From assembly GCA_963920595.1 (NCBI GenBank), contig OY986948.1, positions 496,001 to 560,000 of the forward strand: 64,000 nucleotides of DNA. The letters run 5' to 3'. The stretch's first letter is position 1. Every line of letters starts with the position of its first letter. The notes beneath the pieces were generated by a model. The model saw only the letters and a list, made by a program, of their open reading frames with translations. It did not search any database and was not told where the DNA came from. This document shows, piece by piece, positions 52,201-64,000 of this stretch. A program made the position numbers and the translations under genes. Source of the stretch: Eimeria praecox (Eukaryota).

Positions 52201-54336
52201 TGGTCATAGGGCTTATTTTTTCGCGCTGGTGATTGTCGTAGCATCGCTGCTCAGACTCTCGTTTCTCCGGTCCCTTTTCTCTCTTCATAAGAGTATAATC
52301 CGAAATTGTGTGACCTTGTTCGTCGTCAAATAAGCATCTGCTTCCCACGTTCCGTTCTACCTTTTTTGAGTGCTGGTTTCCATGCCTGTCACCTGCTATG
52401 CTTCGTGCCGTACTCTAGGTCGCTCTGGTATGCACAGGCCAGATGCTCACAGGCTCTATATCCTCCAAAACGCCTTTTTTTCTCTTATCTTGTGAGGTGG
52501 AAGTGACGCTCTTCTTCCTCTCTTACGCGTTAGTACTGCATTCTGTGAGTGAATTCTGCGTCGTCACTTCATAGTTCCTTCTCCGCTGTCCACTCAGTTA
52601 TCGGCTGTCTTTTTCCTGGGGATAGCCCTGCTATGCACCATTGACATAGAGGATCCCCGACTCCACCGTTGGGATTCTGTTCGCTAGAGAGTGATACTGA
52701 AAATCTCGACATATATATACGCTACAAGGCGTGTAGGGAAACTTTCACAGTGCGGATGTGCTCCAGAACGGTGGTACCCTTGCTTATACATGAGTATCGC
52801 TGCTGTGTCTCCCCTTGTACTAAGAAATACTCTAATAACAACTGGTGCATGCCAGATTGATGATAGGAGCACACCTCCAGAACTCCCATGAATTCCTTCG
52901 CTAACCCCGCATTTTGGCTCCCCTGATTTGTGGAGGGTTCCCAAAGGCGGCGGCGTTCCATGAATTGGTTTTCTAGTAACATGGTTTTTGGGTGGAAGGA
53001 CTGCAAATACTTCGCCACTTTCAATGCAAAAAGCTTCCTTGCTGTTGGCCCTTTCCCCGATGGAAGCCAGATCCTGATCACCTTCATCGTGCGGGTAGAG
53101 AAAGCTGAATTCTTGAAAGAGAATATGAGGAGTGGCGTTTCCTGGGAGAACCACCTTCACACCTTTAAGCGCTATAAACAAGCTGCTCCTCTATGTAGGT
53201 CGACGTTCGCCTCTGCAGCAAGTTTAATAAGAGTTCTCAATCTTGGCCGAGTACCGTGGTGAGCTGCATTCTAGTTCCCAAATACTGTAGATGAAGATCC
53301 ACTAAATCCGGCTGGCATCCCCCTCATCCTGCGCACAGCGGCACGAGGGCGCGAGGCTGCTGCATAGAGGAGCCTGTCGCGAGTTACAAAGCACCTTGCT
53401 GCAACCCCTGCTGGAAGGAAATCCCGTATGCAAGCACACCTGGAATACCTTTAGGGAAAGGGCCAGCACATTGTAGCATTGGTGAAAAATCGCCTGGCCT
53501 TCAGCAACTAACCCGTGAGCAGACACAGATGTGTGCTTCAGACAGGCCATGCTCCACCTTCACGCATTTGGTGTTGATGCACTCCATCCTCTAATTTCCA
53601 TAGGCACTAATTAATCATACGCCTTGTTTAGCAGGTTTCATTTCAATGAACTCACTTTTTCTGGGCTTATTTAGATCCCCCCAGTGCGCACGTGCAGCTG
53701 TTCCTGAAGGAGAGCGGAGTGCTGTGGAACGCAGGACTGTCCGCTCAGAGAATTAGGAGCTGAAGCTTGTGAGTGTCTAACTAGCTGTTTAGGGATTATG
53801 CCAAAGGCTTGCAAACCAACCAGAAGAAATGCATGTGGCGACCGCCGAAGCTGCCCGCATTCGTCTTAGCAGATTTCGAGGGATTCGATGAAGCAACAGG
53901 TTCTTTTGGCCCCCGTCAATGCATAGAGAGCCTACTACCTGTTTTGAATTCCTTCTTATTGGAATAAATAAGGAACAATAAATATGGGTAAAGGCCGTTT
54001 CACGCCGAGCCTGCCGTTGCTGAGGCTGCTGAGGCGGGCCGGACGCTTCCCCGTTGATGTGACTGGTACCAAACCACAACGGCAGCTTCACACCCCGCAG
54101 CGCCTGGTGAAAGCAATGAATTATTTTTTTAATGACAATAATTATCTATATTTCATACCCTCGCTGGGAGAGCTCATCAGCCCACAACTTGCACATGCGC
54201 CAAACACTCTTCTCCGATTAGTCCAGCCTTGCCGCTAGCATGGCACTGGGGGGGTTTACGGCGCATCCACGTCAGCATACCCGTTCCAATACCTGCTTTT
54301 GTATCACAAAAGCATTTTCACTACTGTAAAAGCTAA

Positions 54337-55215
54337 ATGGATCGCTTGTGGGCGTGGCTGCTTGTTGTAGCCGCAGTTGAAGTTGCTGGGGGGCTAGCAG
54401 GAGGATCGATTGGTCTCGCGGAGACGACCATGGAATCCGAGACGACGAACAGCACCCATGAAAGAGACAGTCCTATTCCATCTAGAGTTGAAGAGCTTTC
54501 TGTACTTGATGGCCATCTAGCTTTCATGAGAGGGGACACTGAGACGGAGGTGAGCGGGGATGATGATGTGACCAAGGCTTCTTTGAGCTTCCCCTGCAGT
54601 ACGTGCACCAGTGCAGTAGAAGAGGCAGATCCTGGGCAGGCAGAGAGAGAGGGGTCGCTCGAAGAGATGCGGACCACCCCAGGTGAACTGTTAGTGAAGG
54701 AGACTTCTCCTGTGGCGGCGGCGGCCCCTCTACGAGGAATAAAGACCCTCATTGTGGGCTCACTCATCGTGGGTCTTTTACTCCTTATTCTAAGTGGCCC
54801 CGAGGAGGTTCACGAAGAAGACGGTGCCTTTGCTGTCTGGCGTCATTTTATTGCTGAGGAGATGATAGAGGGGATGTTTGTGACTGACGAATTGTTGGAC
54901 ACGAAGTTTCCTGTTTTCCCCTTCAAAGTCTTCAGCTTCTGGATGCTTGCAGGTGTGGGCCCGATGTTGATAACATCTGGATTGGTAAAAATTGCACGAA
55001 GCCTGAAACTGCGCAGACAGGGGCGAGCCCTTCCCAAAGGCCGCCGAGTCTCTTTGCGTCCCGTGAATGTCATAGCCACCATTCTGAGCCTGTGGGCAAT
55101 GATGCTGCCCGCCTACAGAAATACAGATAACTCTGGAAGCCAATTATTGGAGGACATCAGTGTGAATATTGCGTGGGGTGCCAATATAGCGTACTTGTCC
55201 CTCCTCCTGCTTTGA
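54337..55215 (+). CDS. Hypothetical membrane protein, 292 aa (signal peptide, acidic domain, ~3-4 TM segments)
   Basis: Single ORF with AAATGG start context, N-terminal hydrophobic LWAWLLVVAAVEVAGG, and hydrophobic segments LIVGSLIVGLLLLIL, VFSFWMLAGVGPMLI, VIATILSLWAMML and a hydrophobic C-terminus. Confidence 0.7.
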   Translation: MDRLWAWLLVVAAVEVAGGLAGGSIGLAETTMESETTNSTHERDSPIPSRVEELSVLDGHLAFMRGDTETEVSGDDDVTKASLSFPCSTCTSAVEEADPGQAEREGSLEEMRTTPGELLVKETSPVAAAAPLRGIKTLIVGSLIVGLLLLILSGPEEVHEEDGAFAVWRHFIAEEMIEGMFVTDELLDTKFPVFPFKVFSFWMLAGVGPMLITSGLVKIARSLKLRRQGRALPKGRRVSLRPVNVIATILSLWAMMLPAYRNTDNSGSQLLEDISVNIAWGANIAYLSLLLL

Positions 55216-57500
55216 ACAAGGCTGTGGCTTGGTTTGAGAAGACGGTTCAGCTGAGAGACCAGGCCCTGCACTAAAACGTTACCTAGCTTGATAAAGACAC
55301 CGCTAACACCAGGAGCCAGCATCTTGGGCTTTTGGTTTTAGGAGATAACGACGGCCAGCTTACCGCCTGCTCCTCATCAAGGGGAAAGCACATCGGGAGC
55401 CTTGAAGGGCAGTGGGCTTCGGGCAGCAGGATAACGGGAGTAACAATCCATGGGTGCGCGCATGCCTGTAATGCCTTGCCCCACTTTACAGCCTCCCCAC
55501 AGTCTCGGCTTGTAGATGAGAATCACCAGCGAACATTTGCAGCGGCCTTCAATTGCAAGGGGCCTAAGGCGCAGGCCATTGCATATGAGGCGTTGGTCTC
55601 ACGTAAGCCCTTCTTTCAGCTTTAGGTGATTCATTTGTACAGGTCCTTACACGTACTGAGTGCTATTTCATATTCATGAACATCGGGCATTTTCCCTTTT
55701 GTTGTTGTGGCCTCCAGAACGTCTTTACACTTGTAAAGCCTCCAGGCTCGTTTGAGTATGCAGTGTGCAAGAATTACGTAGTGCAGCTCACCCCTGCTCC
55801 GCGTTTGGCCTGCACCAAGCTGTCATTAATTTCTGCCAACATGCGCAGAAGGCATTAGTCCTTCTGGTCCGGCGCTGGCAAGCAAGGTTGGCGCCTACTT
55901 TGTAAACTATTTTTTTGAATCCTTTGCCAACAGGGACGAAATTATGCATGCAATGAGCGTTCAGCCTACAGTAATGAATTTCTGCCACATATGGGGGGGA
56001 TGGGAGCACACGGGTAGCGTGGAAGAGGGGATGGAGGTAGGTTGCAAATCGTGTCCTTCTTCCCTTAAGCGTGCGACTGCTCTCCTTCCGCAGAAGCATA
56101 CAGCACGCCAGTGTTATGGTTGGCCCTCCTAAGCCTGGGCTTGAAGTTTTTGTTCCTGACTTATTGCGCATGCACCACATTGCCCCCAACCATCTCCCCC
56201 TTACAATCGGCCCTCAAGGCACTGTAAGCTGTGAGCTCAGAGCGGGGTCACTGCACTTCAAAATTGACAGTAATACGCCCCTACCGCTCCGACGAGGAGG
56301 GGAAGAATCCTTGCCTAAGATGCGGACTCTCGCGTGCAGCGGGGCATGGTTCAACCGCAGGGGCGAGTCCTCGATGCTTTGGTACCTTATCGTAATTAGG
56401 CCAACCCGTTGACCCTGATCGCTTCAGAAAATTGACGTTTTAACCCGCCTCTGGCTAGCTGTACAGGTGCGATACAGTCCATGGAAGCCTTAGGGCTTCC
56501 CTGCCCGCTCATCTAGTTCACTCGAGAGTCGCGGGCTTACAGCGTAGGATATGAGGTACACTATATACAGAGCTTTAGACTTTGTTAGGGTCAATAGATA
56601 TATGAGAAACCCACAGGCCTCCAAAGCGTTCGTCAAGGCAGAGCCAGAAGCCTTCGGGTTCGCCAGCCCATCTCATTTAGTGTAGGGGTGAGGCCGCAGG
56701 GTAAAGCAACGATGGGAAGCAGCAGGGTACCGCTGGGGAGGGCATGATGCTTCTGTACGCCCTTTAAAACCACAACATACTTAAAATCACAGAGGGTATA
56801 AGCTTTGCGAGTGCGGTAGCTCCTCGCGCTGCCACCATTCCCCGCAGCAACTGGCGGCCGCCGCCGACGGTCTGGTCCCTCTGCGCATTGGGGCTTGCCG
56901 CATATAGGATGAGCCGCTCGTTGTCTGTTTCCGTGTGCCTTTACAGTATTATCTTTTCTAGTTTCAATCATATAAGCCTAGAGTCGGCTCAAGGAAGGCC
57001 GGAAAGCAGGCCTAAGCTCTATCACGGACCCCCTTGGCTGCTCCGCTGAAGTTTGGCGACCCTTCGGCACTCCTCCTTCTGCCACCCCCTCCGTCGAACG
57101 CTCTGAAGCGCTCTTCTGATGTGTTTAAATCATTCTGTGTTTTGTCTGTGGAGATTTAACGGACACTGAGAAGCAGACCTGGCGCTTCTCGCTGGCCTCC
57201 ACAACTGCGCCGCTTACCGTCACCTGCTGGGACTCCGAATGTCTCATCCACCCTTCGACATTTGCTGCAAGCATTTTCCTGGGAGATTCCATACCTTCAA
57301 CTGGTTAGGACTTCTTCCTTGCCTCTAACCAGGAACTTCGGAGCTCTGCCTTGTGTGCACTGCAACGGTAGATAGGGGAAGGCGTCGATGCTCCATGAGC
57401 CTTATAGCGGGCTGGGAAGCATGCAAACGCCAGTGTAGCAAAGAAGTACAGGAGCTCAACACCACAGCACCCACCTCGCAGACCCTCGACATCCGGGGCG

Positions 57501-60500
57501 ATGGCCATGGTGGGGAAGGGCCCCCTTCCACCCGCGGGCCCCCCGAAAGGGCCCCCTCCAGGTGCAAAGATTGCCATCAAGGGAAGTGGCCCTCCCCCAG
57601 GAAAGGTTGCGTTGCCTAAACCCCCATCGCCGGGTTCTGCTTCTGTGGTTAAGCCAGGCCCGCCTCCCAAAACGTCAGGGGGCCCCGCGAGTGGCGTTAT
57701 TCCTACCAAGCCCCCTCTAGGGGCTCCTAATGGGGGTGCCGCAAAGCCTGCCCTTCCTCTTGCAAAGAAAGAATTGCCAAAACAGCCGGCTCCCCCAGCA
57801 GGCACAAAGGCGACAGACACTCCACTAAGAGCTCCCCTTCCACTCAAAAGCCCCGCGAGTCCCAAATCCCTTTTGGAGAAGGTTCCTGGTGCACTGAAAC
57901 AGCCGGCACCAGGGCCTCCTTCTCCTCTGGGAACGACCAAAGCAGTTGCTCCAAAGCCCCTCATTACGGCATCGAAGGGGCCTCCCGGAGGTCCGCCACA
58001 GCAAGCATCCGGAGATGGCGCAGGCAACGGAAACGCCAAAGCAGCTAAGGTGACACCTGGCGCTGACCCTTCAGCAGCATATAAGGGTCCCCCAGGCACT
58101 TCCCTGCCTCAGAAGAACGGGCCCCCTGGCTTGCCGCCAGCAGCAAAAGGCCTTCCGGGCTCGCCGTTAGCAGCAAAAGAACCCTCTGGCTTGGCATCAG
58201 TAGCCGAGGGAGCTCTTTCTGTAGGAGTCAAGAAACCCCCAGGGCTTTCTCCAGCACCAGCCATGCCTGCCACACCGGCAACTACAGCGCCTTCTGCTGC
58301 CTTGGCCTCTACAGTTTCTAAACCTATCCCCCCATCTAAAGCAAAGCCTGTAAACCCATCTAAGGCAGCCGATGAGACTCAGGCCCTGTCCAACACGGTA
58401 AGAGCAGTTGGATGCATGGGAATAGAATATGATGTAAAAACAGGAGGCAGAGTGAAGCCGGATGCGTTTGAGAGTTGTGGTGCCTTCTCTTCTTCAGGGG
58501 TCCCCTGGAGTGGACGAATTCGGGAGACAGCGGGGCAGTGTCGGGGACTTGGCACCCAAGAGCGAGATAACTCACGATCTCTTAGGGAACGTGATTCCCG
58601 TATTTGATAAGGCGTAGGTGCAGCGCGCGAGTGCCACGGGCCCAGCAAAGGCGCTCAGCCCAATAGTTCAGCACGCGCACCGGCCTATTCTGAAGCTTTG
58701 TGCAGCTGGCCAATAGGTGGTCTGTGCGTGGGTGCCTCCCATTTCTCCTTGTGTCCGTGCGGAAAAGTATCAGTACGAGGGCTCGCACCTGCTTCCAAGA
58801 CTATGAGATTGCCGCTTTCGTGGGCTGCTGCCTTCTGCGTGTCTTACTGCTCCTCAGGGGCAAGTTTGTGGCCTTCGCTTCTGGCCCACCTGCTCCACTC
58901 TCTCGCTCCGACCCAACGAGGCGTTGTGCGTATCTCCTTAGTAGGCGCGTAGATCTGGCTTGCTTAGGCATGCTCGCTTGTTGGTGAGTACTCGAGTTTT
59001 CGATATGCCTGCCTTCATGTCATTTGTGTCGCTATTGTCTGCGAAGGCCGCCGACTTTCCGACCGAAAGCCTCAAGAACGGGACACGATAAAGATGCCAT
59101 CCGCTCGAGGAGTGGATTCCGGAGCCTTGGGGAGCTTGAATGTCCCAGGAGGAATCCCGGGGTTCTTCCTCTCTGTACCGCCTTGGCCAGCGCCAACCCC
59201 AATGCCGATGGACCAGGCGGCAGGCTGGGGTGCTTATCAGCAATTCATAGGCCACCCAGTGCCCCAGATATCTCCCTATGCCGCTTTTCCTCCCCAAGCA
59301 GTCCCACAAGTCCCTTATCCAATGATGTACGGACCAAGCGGCGGACATGGCAAGGAACAGCAGGGTTATGCCCCACAGCAGGAAACTTTCGAAGGGGCAA
59401 CTTGGCCGAGCTACCCTGTTCAGCTGGATGCCCATAACGCCGGTGTCGCGGCATCTGAGGGTAAGGATGGCCTCCAAGGAAAGGTGTAGCATCGCCTTTA
59501 GACATAGCAGGAGCCGTTTTGCCATGCTTGCTTCTGCTTTGGCGTTCGACGGCTTCTTGCCAGATGAACTGCCTGAGTTGCTTTCGCGTACCTACGCCTT
59601 GGGGTTTATGGCTTCGTTTTCCGATGCAGGCGCCCCTCTCTACTCCTCCAAGGTTGCAGCTTCACCAGTGGCACCCCCACTAAAAGAAACGAGGTCCCGC
59701 AAAAGGTATGGAAGACCACGATGGAATGCTCTCGAGAACGTAGCAGTTCATTATGCCCATTGAAACTTGTGAAGCGAGAATCTCTCTTCATGCTTCCTCA
59801 TTTCTTCTTAAATGTAACGGCAGCTATATGGATCGTCCTTGCATACTGGGAATGGGGTATGCCACCGACTAACAATGTTGCATGCCAGCCAATTCGTATG
59901 CTCTGAAGCTTCTTCACGTTGAGGAGCTGCTTGTGAGTTAGGAATGAATCGGTACTCAAGGTAAATCATCTTCATCTGCCTGAGATGGCTGCTGGTTGTG
60001 TCTTCATTCTGCAGCAGGGGGCATCTCCCTGATGATTTCGAGGGCTCTCGAACGAGGGGCAGCGCGGTGCGTCGCGGTGACGAAGAAGTAGGGAAGAGCA
60101 AATGGATGCCCATTGAACGGCATGTATGTTTCAGTTGCTAGCTTCCCATTTACGATTAGATGAAATGCCACAAAATTGAGGAAGCCTGTTCGAGTTCCCG
60201 CAGCTTCAGATAGTTCTAAAGTGATACTTCAGCACCGCTGTTTATTGTGGATTTAACACGCTGGTCCATCTTTCTCTTCTCAGCTTAACAGCATCAGGGG
60301 AGGTTACGGGGAGGCCTGCCGGCCCCCTGAAGAGGAAGTAACTCCCCCCAGAAAGCCTTCTTCTCGGGCACGCCGCAGGAACTCAAGCGTTAGAGATGAC
60401 GTGTATTCGGGCTTTCGTCCTTACTACATCCGGGACAAGAAGCCCTTCGTTGAAGAAGATGTTCCTCGGTCAGCCATCTAATCATGAACTAAAACCATCA

Positions 60501-62193
60501 TGCTTCGACATACAGCGCGTTTTATCGTCTGACTAAACACTTCCGATAACAGATGCCACTAACCAGCCCTACATGAAAGCCATGGTCCCTGCACTGTTGC
60601 AAGAAAATTTTTAGTCAAGCTACTAGCGTAGCCTGAATTTGAGGGTGCCTCTGAAAAGAACCGCGCGGAAGCATGCTGCATGGCTCTCTGCAGTAGAGCC
60701 CCTGGCTGAAGTTGGCTGCTCACAGATTGCACTGTATAGAGTGTAGTTCAAGGCTCCGAATCCGTCTGCGTGCATTCACTTCTTGAAGATGATGTTTATG
60801 GGATAAAGGGGTAGCAGGAAGGGCCTGCAATTCATATGGGTTTAAGCGCTCCTTTTCTGCGATAGAAGGTAAAGTGGCTGTTAGCTTCAACTTTTGCTTG
60901 TTCTGTGTCCACGTTAGGCTTGTGGAGCCGAATGAGCGTTCGAGCAGAATTCCTACTCCCCCTAGAAAGAGCCCATTGATGACGAGGCCAAAGGATCGCA
61001 CCTGGGATCGCTGGGGCTCGACTGGATTGACAGCCCCCCGCAAGTAAATGATTAATGCGTTTTTGGCACACCATCAGAGTTTTGCGCTCTATCTGCACGC
61101 TCCCGCTCCGCATGTCTTTGCTCCAAGTACTTCAGCTTTTTCAAGGAGATGGGTGTTTTGCAATGAGCAGGCGAACATACCAGAGTCTTTCGGAGCTTGC
61201 GAGCTGCTTCTCCAACCTCGAAGCGGAGGACCAGGATGACGTCATCAATCTGCTGCTACTTTGCAGGAAGTGAGGCTTCATCATCTAATTTCCGCCCTAA
61301 GTGGCCTGCTTTTTCGAACAGAAAACCTTCCCATGCCGATGCTGAGCTTCGCCGTTGCTGTGCACTGGGACAGTACGATACGGGAAAACTACAGGCAATA
61401 TTACATGTTAAAAAACCCTTCGGCTGCTTGTGAGTTTGGGGTGGTCGCTGCAGGCTGGAGCAGCAGGTGGAGAAACAACATGTTGTAATAGATATGCTGG
61501 AGCACGAGCTATCAGAAGCACAAAAGGTGCTGAAATTCCCTCCGGAGTGGCGAACAGTAGAAGGCCTTGACCTCGCGGGAATGGTCCCTTCAGGTAGGGT
61601 AGCGTTTATTTGTCTCATCACCATGCAGGTATTAGAAGCTCAGGAAATTTTTTGTAGTGTTAGCACAGCTGCGCGTTATTGTTTTCCTTTTCCTAGCTTG
61701 TTGTCCAAAGTGAATCAAATGTCAGCCATAGACATGAGCTCTTGTTTAGTGCGTGTCAAACACAGTGCAGCTGTCAGCTTGGCTGAGCCGTTGTAGCGAT
61801 TGACTTAGGCGTGAGTGGCATATGCGCTAGGTTTCCAATGAGCCTCTGTAAGCGTTCTTAGAGCTGTAGCATGGGCGTGTACACCTCTCTGCAGATACGC
61901 CTTTCCAAGCAACTGCAGCAACACCCCTTTACATAAAAAGCGCGAGTGTGCTGCCGTCGAACATCCCCGATGATCCCAGCGCCAGCTTCGGGTTAGGGGT
62001 TCCTCTGTCAAAGGAGAGCAAAGGGAGCTCCGGCGCTCCCCTACCAGCAAAGACCACCGCACCGCCAGCTGTAGGGGCTACTGCCCCAAAGACCGCAGGG
62101 GGCACTGCAGAGGGCACGAAGAAGCCCCCAGCACCTTTTAAGCCAAAGCCGTCGGTGATGGGATTAAAGAAACCTGTTTTTAAGAAGATGTAA
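57501..62193 (+). CDS. Multi-exon hypothetical protein: Pro/Lys-rich N-terminus, late coiled-coil block, P/K-rich tail
   Basis: Exons 57501-58397 and 58498-~58613, an unresolved link, then a phase-consistent chain 59047-59460, 59630-59705, 60015-60123, 60284-60468, 60918-61043, 61171-61269, 61454-61593 and 61895-62193. The chain gives ...DVINLLLLCRKLEQQVEKQHVVIDMLEHELSEAQKVLKFPPEW... Confidence 0.72.
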
Positions 62194-62877
62194 CCAGCGG
62201 TATGCTTCCACGACATATGATGGCACGGCAAGCGGGGGAAGTAGGAATGCTTGTTTGCCCGCACACGCCCCACGATCTGTTAAACCGAGGGCACCCTTGT
62301 CCGCAGGAAGCAAGCTTTGCCTTGTTCTGAGCTTGAGAATGTAGCATTTCATGAGCCACTAGGAACCATTTCAAAGTGCTGGCTTCCTTTGCTAGAAGTA
62401 ACAAGGCTAGAAATGAACTACATAGTTGAGCATGTAGATTATCCTATCGGAAGTACACTGCTGTGGATGCCGTAGTAGCCGCTTCTGCTTGGCTTTCGCA
62501 ATCAAGTTTTCCTACCTAACGAGTGAAGAGACACAAGGCACAGCATGCTCATCCTGCCAAGCTGGAAGAGTTCAGCAGTGCGCTCACCCTGCTGAAGTCT
62601 GCGACGCATACCAGGGAGCACATGAACTACCGCCAAAAGGCAACATAGTTTACCAAAAACTTCCGTTAAGTCCCGCTGCTCCTAAGTAGGCAGGACCTCC
62701 TCATGCGCCAACTGTGCAGCCCGTAGGCTTCGTAGGCTTGATCTGTTCGGCCCAGCTGTTCCTGAAGAGCAACCTTCAGTCCCGCATATGCCCCCAATGG
62801 GGGCCTCCACCAACTCAGTGTTGTGCCAAGTAAAGAGGTCCCCTATAGGAAAGGGCGTTCGGAAGAAAAAGTTAGGG

Positions 62878-63811
62878 TCACTGTGCTTCAACCCCAACAA
62901 ATGGATTCTCGATGCGCTGCACGCCATCAACAGGGGAAATAAGCACAATGGCGCTTCCCCTAGCCACTATGAGCCCCAGAGATCGCGTGGTTTCCAGAAG
63001 TCGGCTTGAGTCCTCTGGATCTGTTGAGAGCAGTGCACACCCACAAACAATACGAGCAGACAGCATGCATGCCGTTGCCAAGAACACAAGACCGCATTTA
63101 GCGTTTTTTTGGAAGGAGCCAGTTTAAGCCAGATTTTAGCCAACCATCATCTGCTCCTTACCCCTATCCAAGCCTGCCCGTGTGAGGCTAAGAGCAAGCG
63201 AACGGCTAATTGGGACTACTGAGAATAGATGAGCCCGCCCCAACATGAGTGGCATGGAGCGGGATGATTAAACCCTAAACCCTAAACCCTAAACCCTAAA
63301 CCCTAAACCCTTAACCCACACCACACAACGTTAAGTTCGCGAACAGAACTGCACCTGTTGGCAGTTCTCCTATGGAGGCCGTCAACGCTTCCGCATGAGT
63401 GGTGAATTACCTCGCAGGAACTCTTCCGTGTCATCCAGCACCAAATTGCACACGGCGTCGTGTCCCTTGAGGGTCCCCTCTACTGCGCACAGACAGTACC
63501 ACCCCAAGACAGCCCACCGCAAAACTCATCAAGGTAGAGCAGTTATTACAGAGATTCGAAACCGGGCTGTTGAATGGACCTATGTTCGCATGAGGACTTA
63601 TCCGGCCGCCCGGGGCCCCTGGGGGCCCCCACGGGTGGCCTGCTCGCTTGAAGTAATTGCAGGCCTGCAAATGACTTTTCTCAGAATCTGAAATCTGCAT
63701 AGGATATATTTGAAGGCCCTCACCCTCGCGCCCTCCAGAAAACTTGACTCGGACCTTCTTGTTGAGAAACTTCGAAGGGTCGATGACGGAGCGCGGATCC
63801 TTGGACGACAT
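62878..63811 (-). CDS. LSM7: U6 snRNA-associated Sm-like protein LSm7 (100 aa)
   Basis: Exons 63811-63724, 63482-63411 and 63020-62878 encode MSSKDPRSVIDPSKFLNKKVRVKFSGGRE-VEGTLKGHDAVCNLVLDDTEEFLRD-PEDSSRLLETTRSLGLIVARGSAIVLISPVDGVQRIENPF, with Sm1/Sm2 motifs and the LSm7-type NPF end. Confidence 0.95.
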
Positions 63812-64000
63812 TTTGATGCCCGTTCCGGAACAAAATAAGGTGGAACCAAGAAAAGTAAATACGGATAATAGTCCAAATAATTTCACTCCGGGCTTCCTGT
63901 GGCCGGTGGGAAACAAGGCAAAAGAGCCATTAGCATTCGGGGCTTGCTCGAGGAGGGCTGGTGCCTGCAGATGCTGTCGCTGCTCCTGTCCTGCTGCTGC

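Noticed and set aside
1..64000. Retrotransposon, tRNA, rRNA or snoRNA genes
   Set aside because: I recognised no RT/integrase motifs, LTRs or cloverleafs by eye. Small ncRNAs cannot be excluded without a covariance-model search.

Overview
Eukaryotic, intron-containing DNA of a coccidian parasite, almost certainly Eimeria. The evidence is pervasive CAG/CTG microsatellites, interstitial telomere-like AAACCCT arrays, TGCATGCA palindromes and apicomplexan-type genes. The window crosses from a repeat-rich segment (~1-27.5 kb) into a repeat-poor segment (~30-64 kb). Genes reconstructed by hand from GT-AG junctions are ATG7 (-, cut off by an N gap), a patatin-like phospholipase (+), SRP9 (-), frataxin (+), a hexose transporter (-), an intronless TM+RRLA family protein (+), clathrin heavy chain (-), a small membrane protein (+), a multi-exon Pro-rich/coiled-coil protein (+) and LSm7 (-). 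Bases 1-2789 appear to be an exact copy of 10529-13317 and end at a 200-N gap, probably an assembly artefact. The most striking unexplained pattern is that telomere-like repeats in the repeat-rich segment are oriented by the intron, not by the chromosome strand. (AAACCCT)n abuts 5' splice sites, and (GGGTTTA)n precedes 3' splice sites that lack a polypyrimidine tract, which suggests RNA-structure-assisted splicing. All calls come from reading the sequence; no searches were run.
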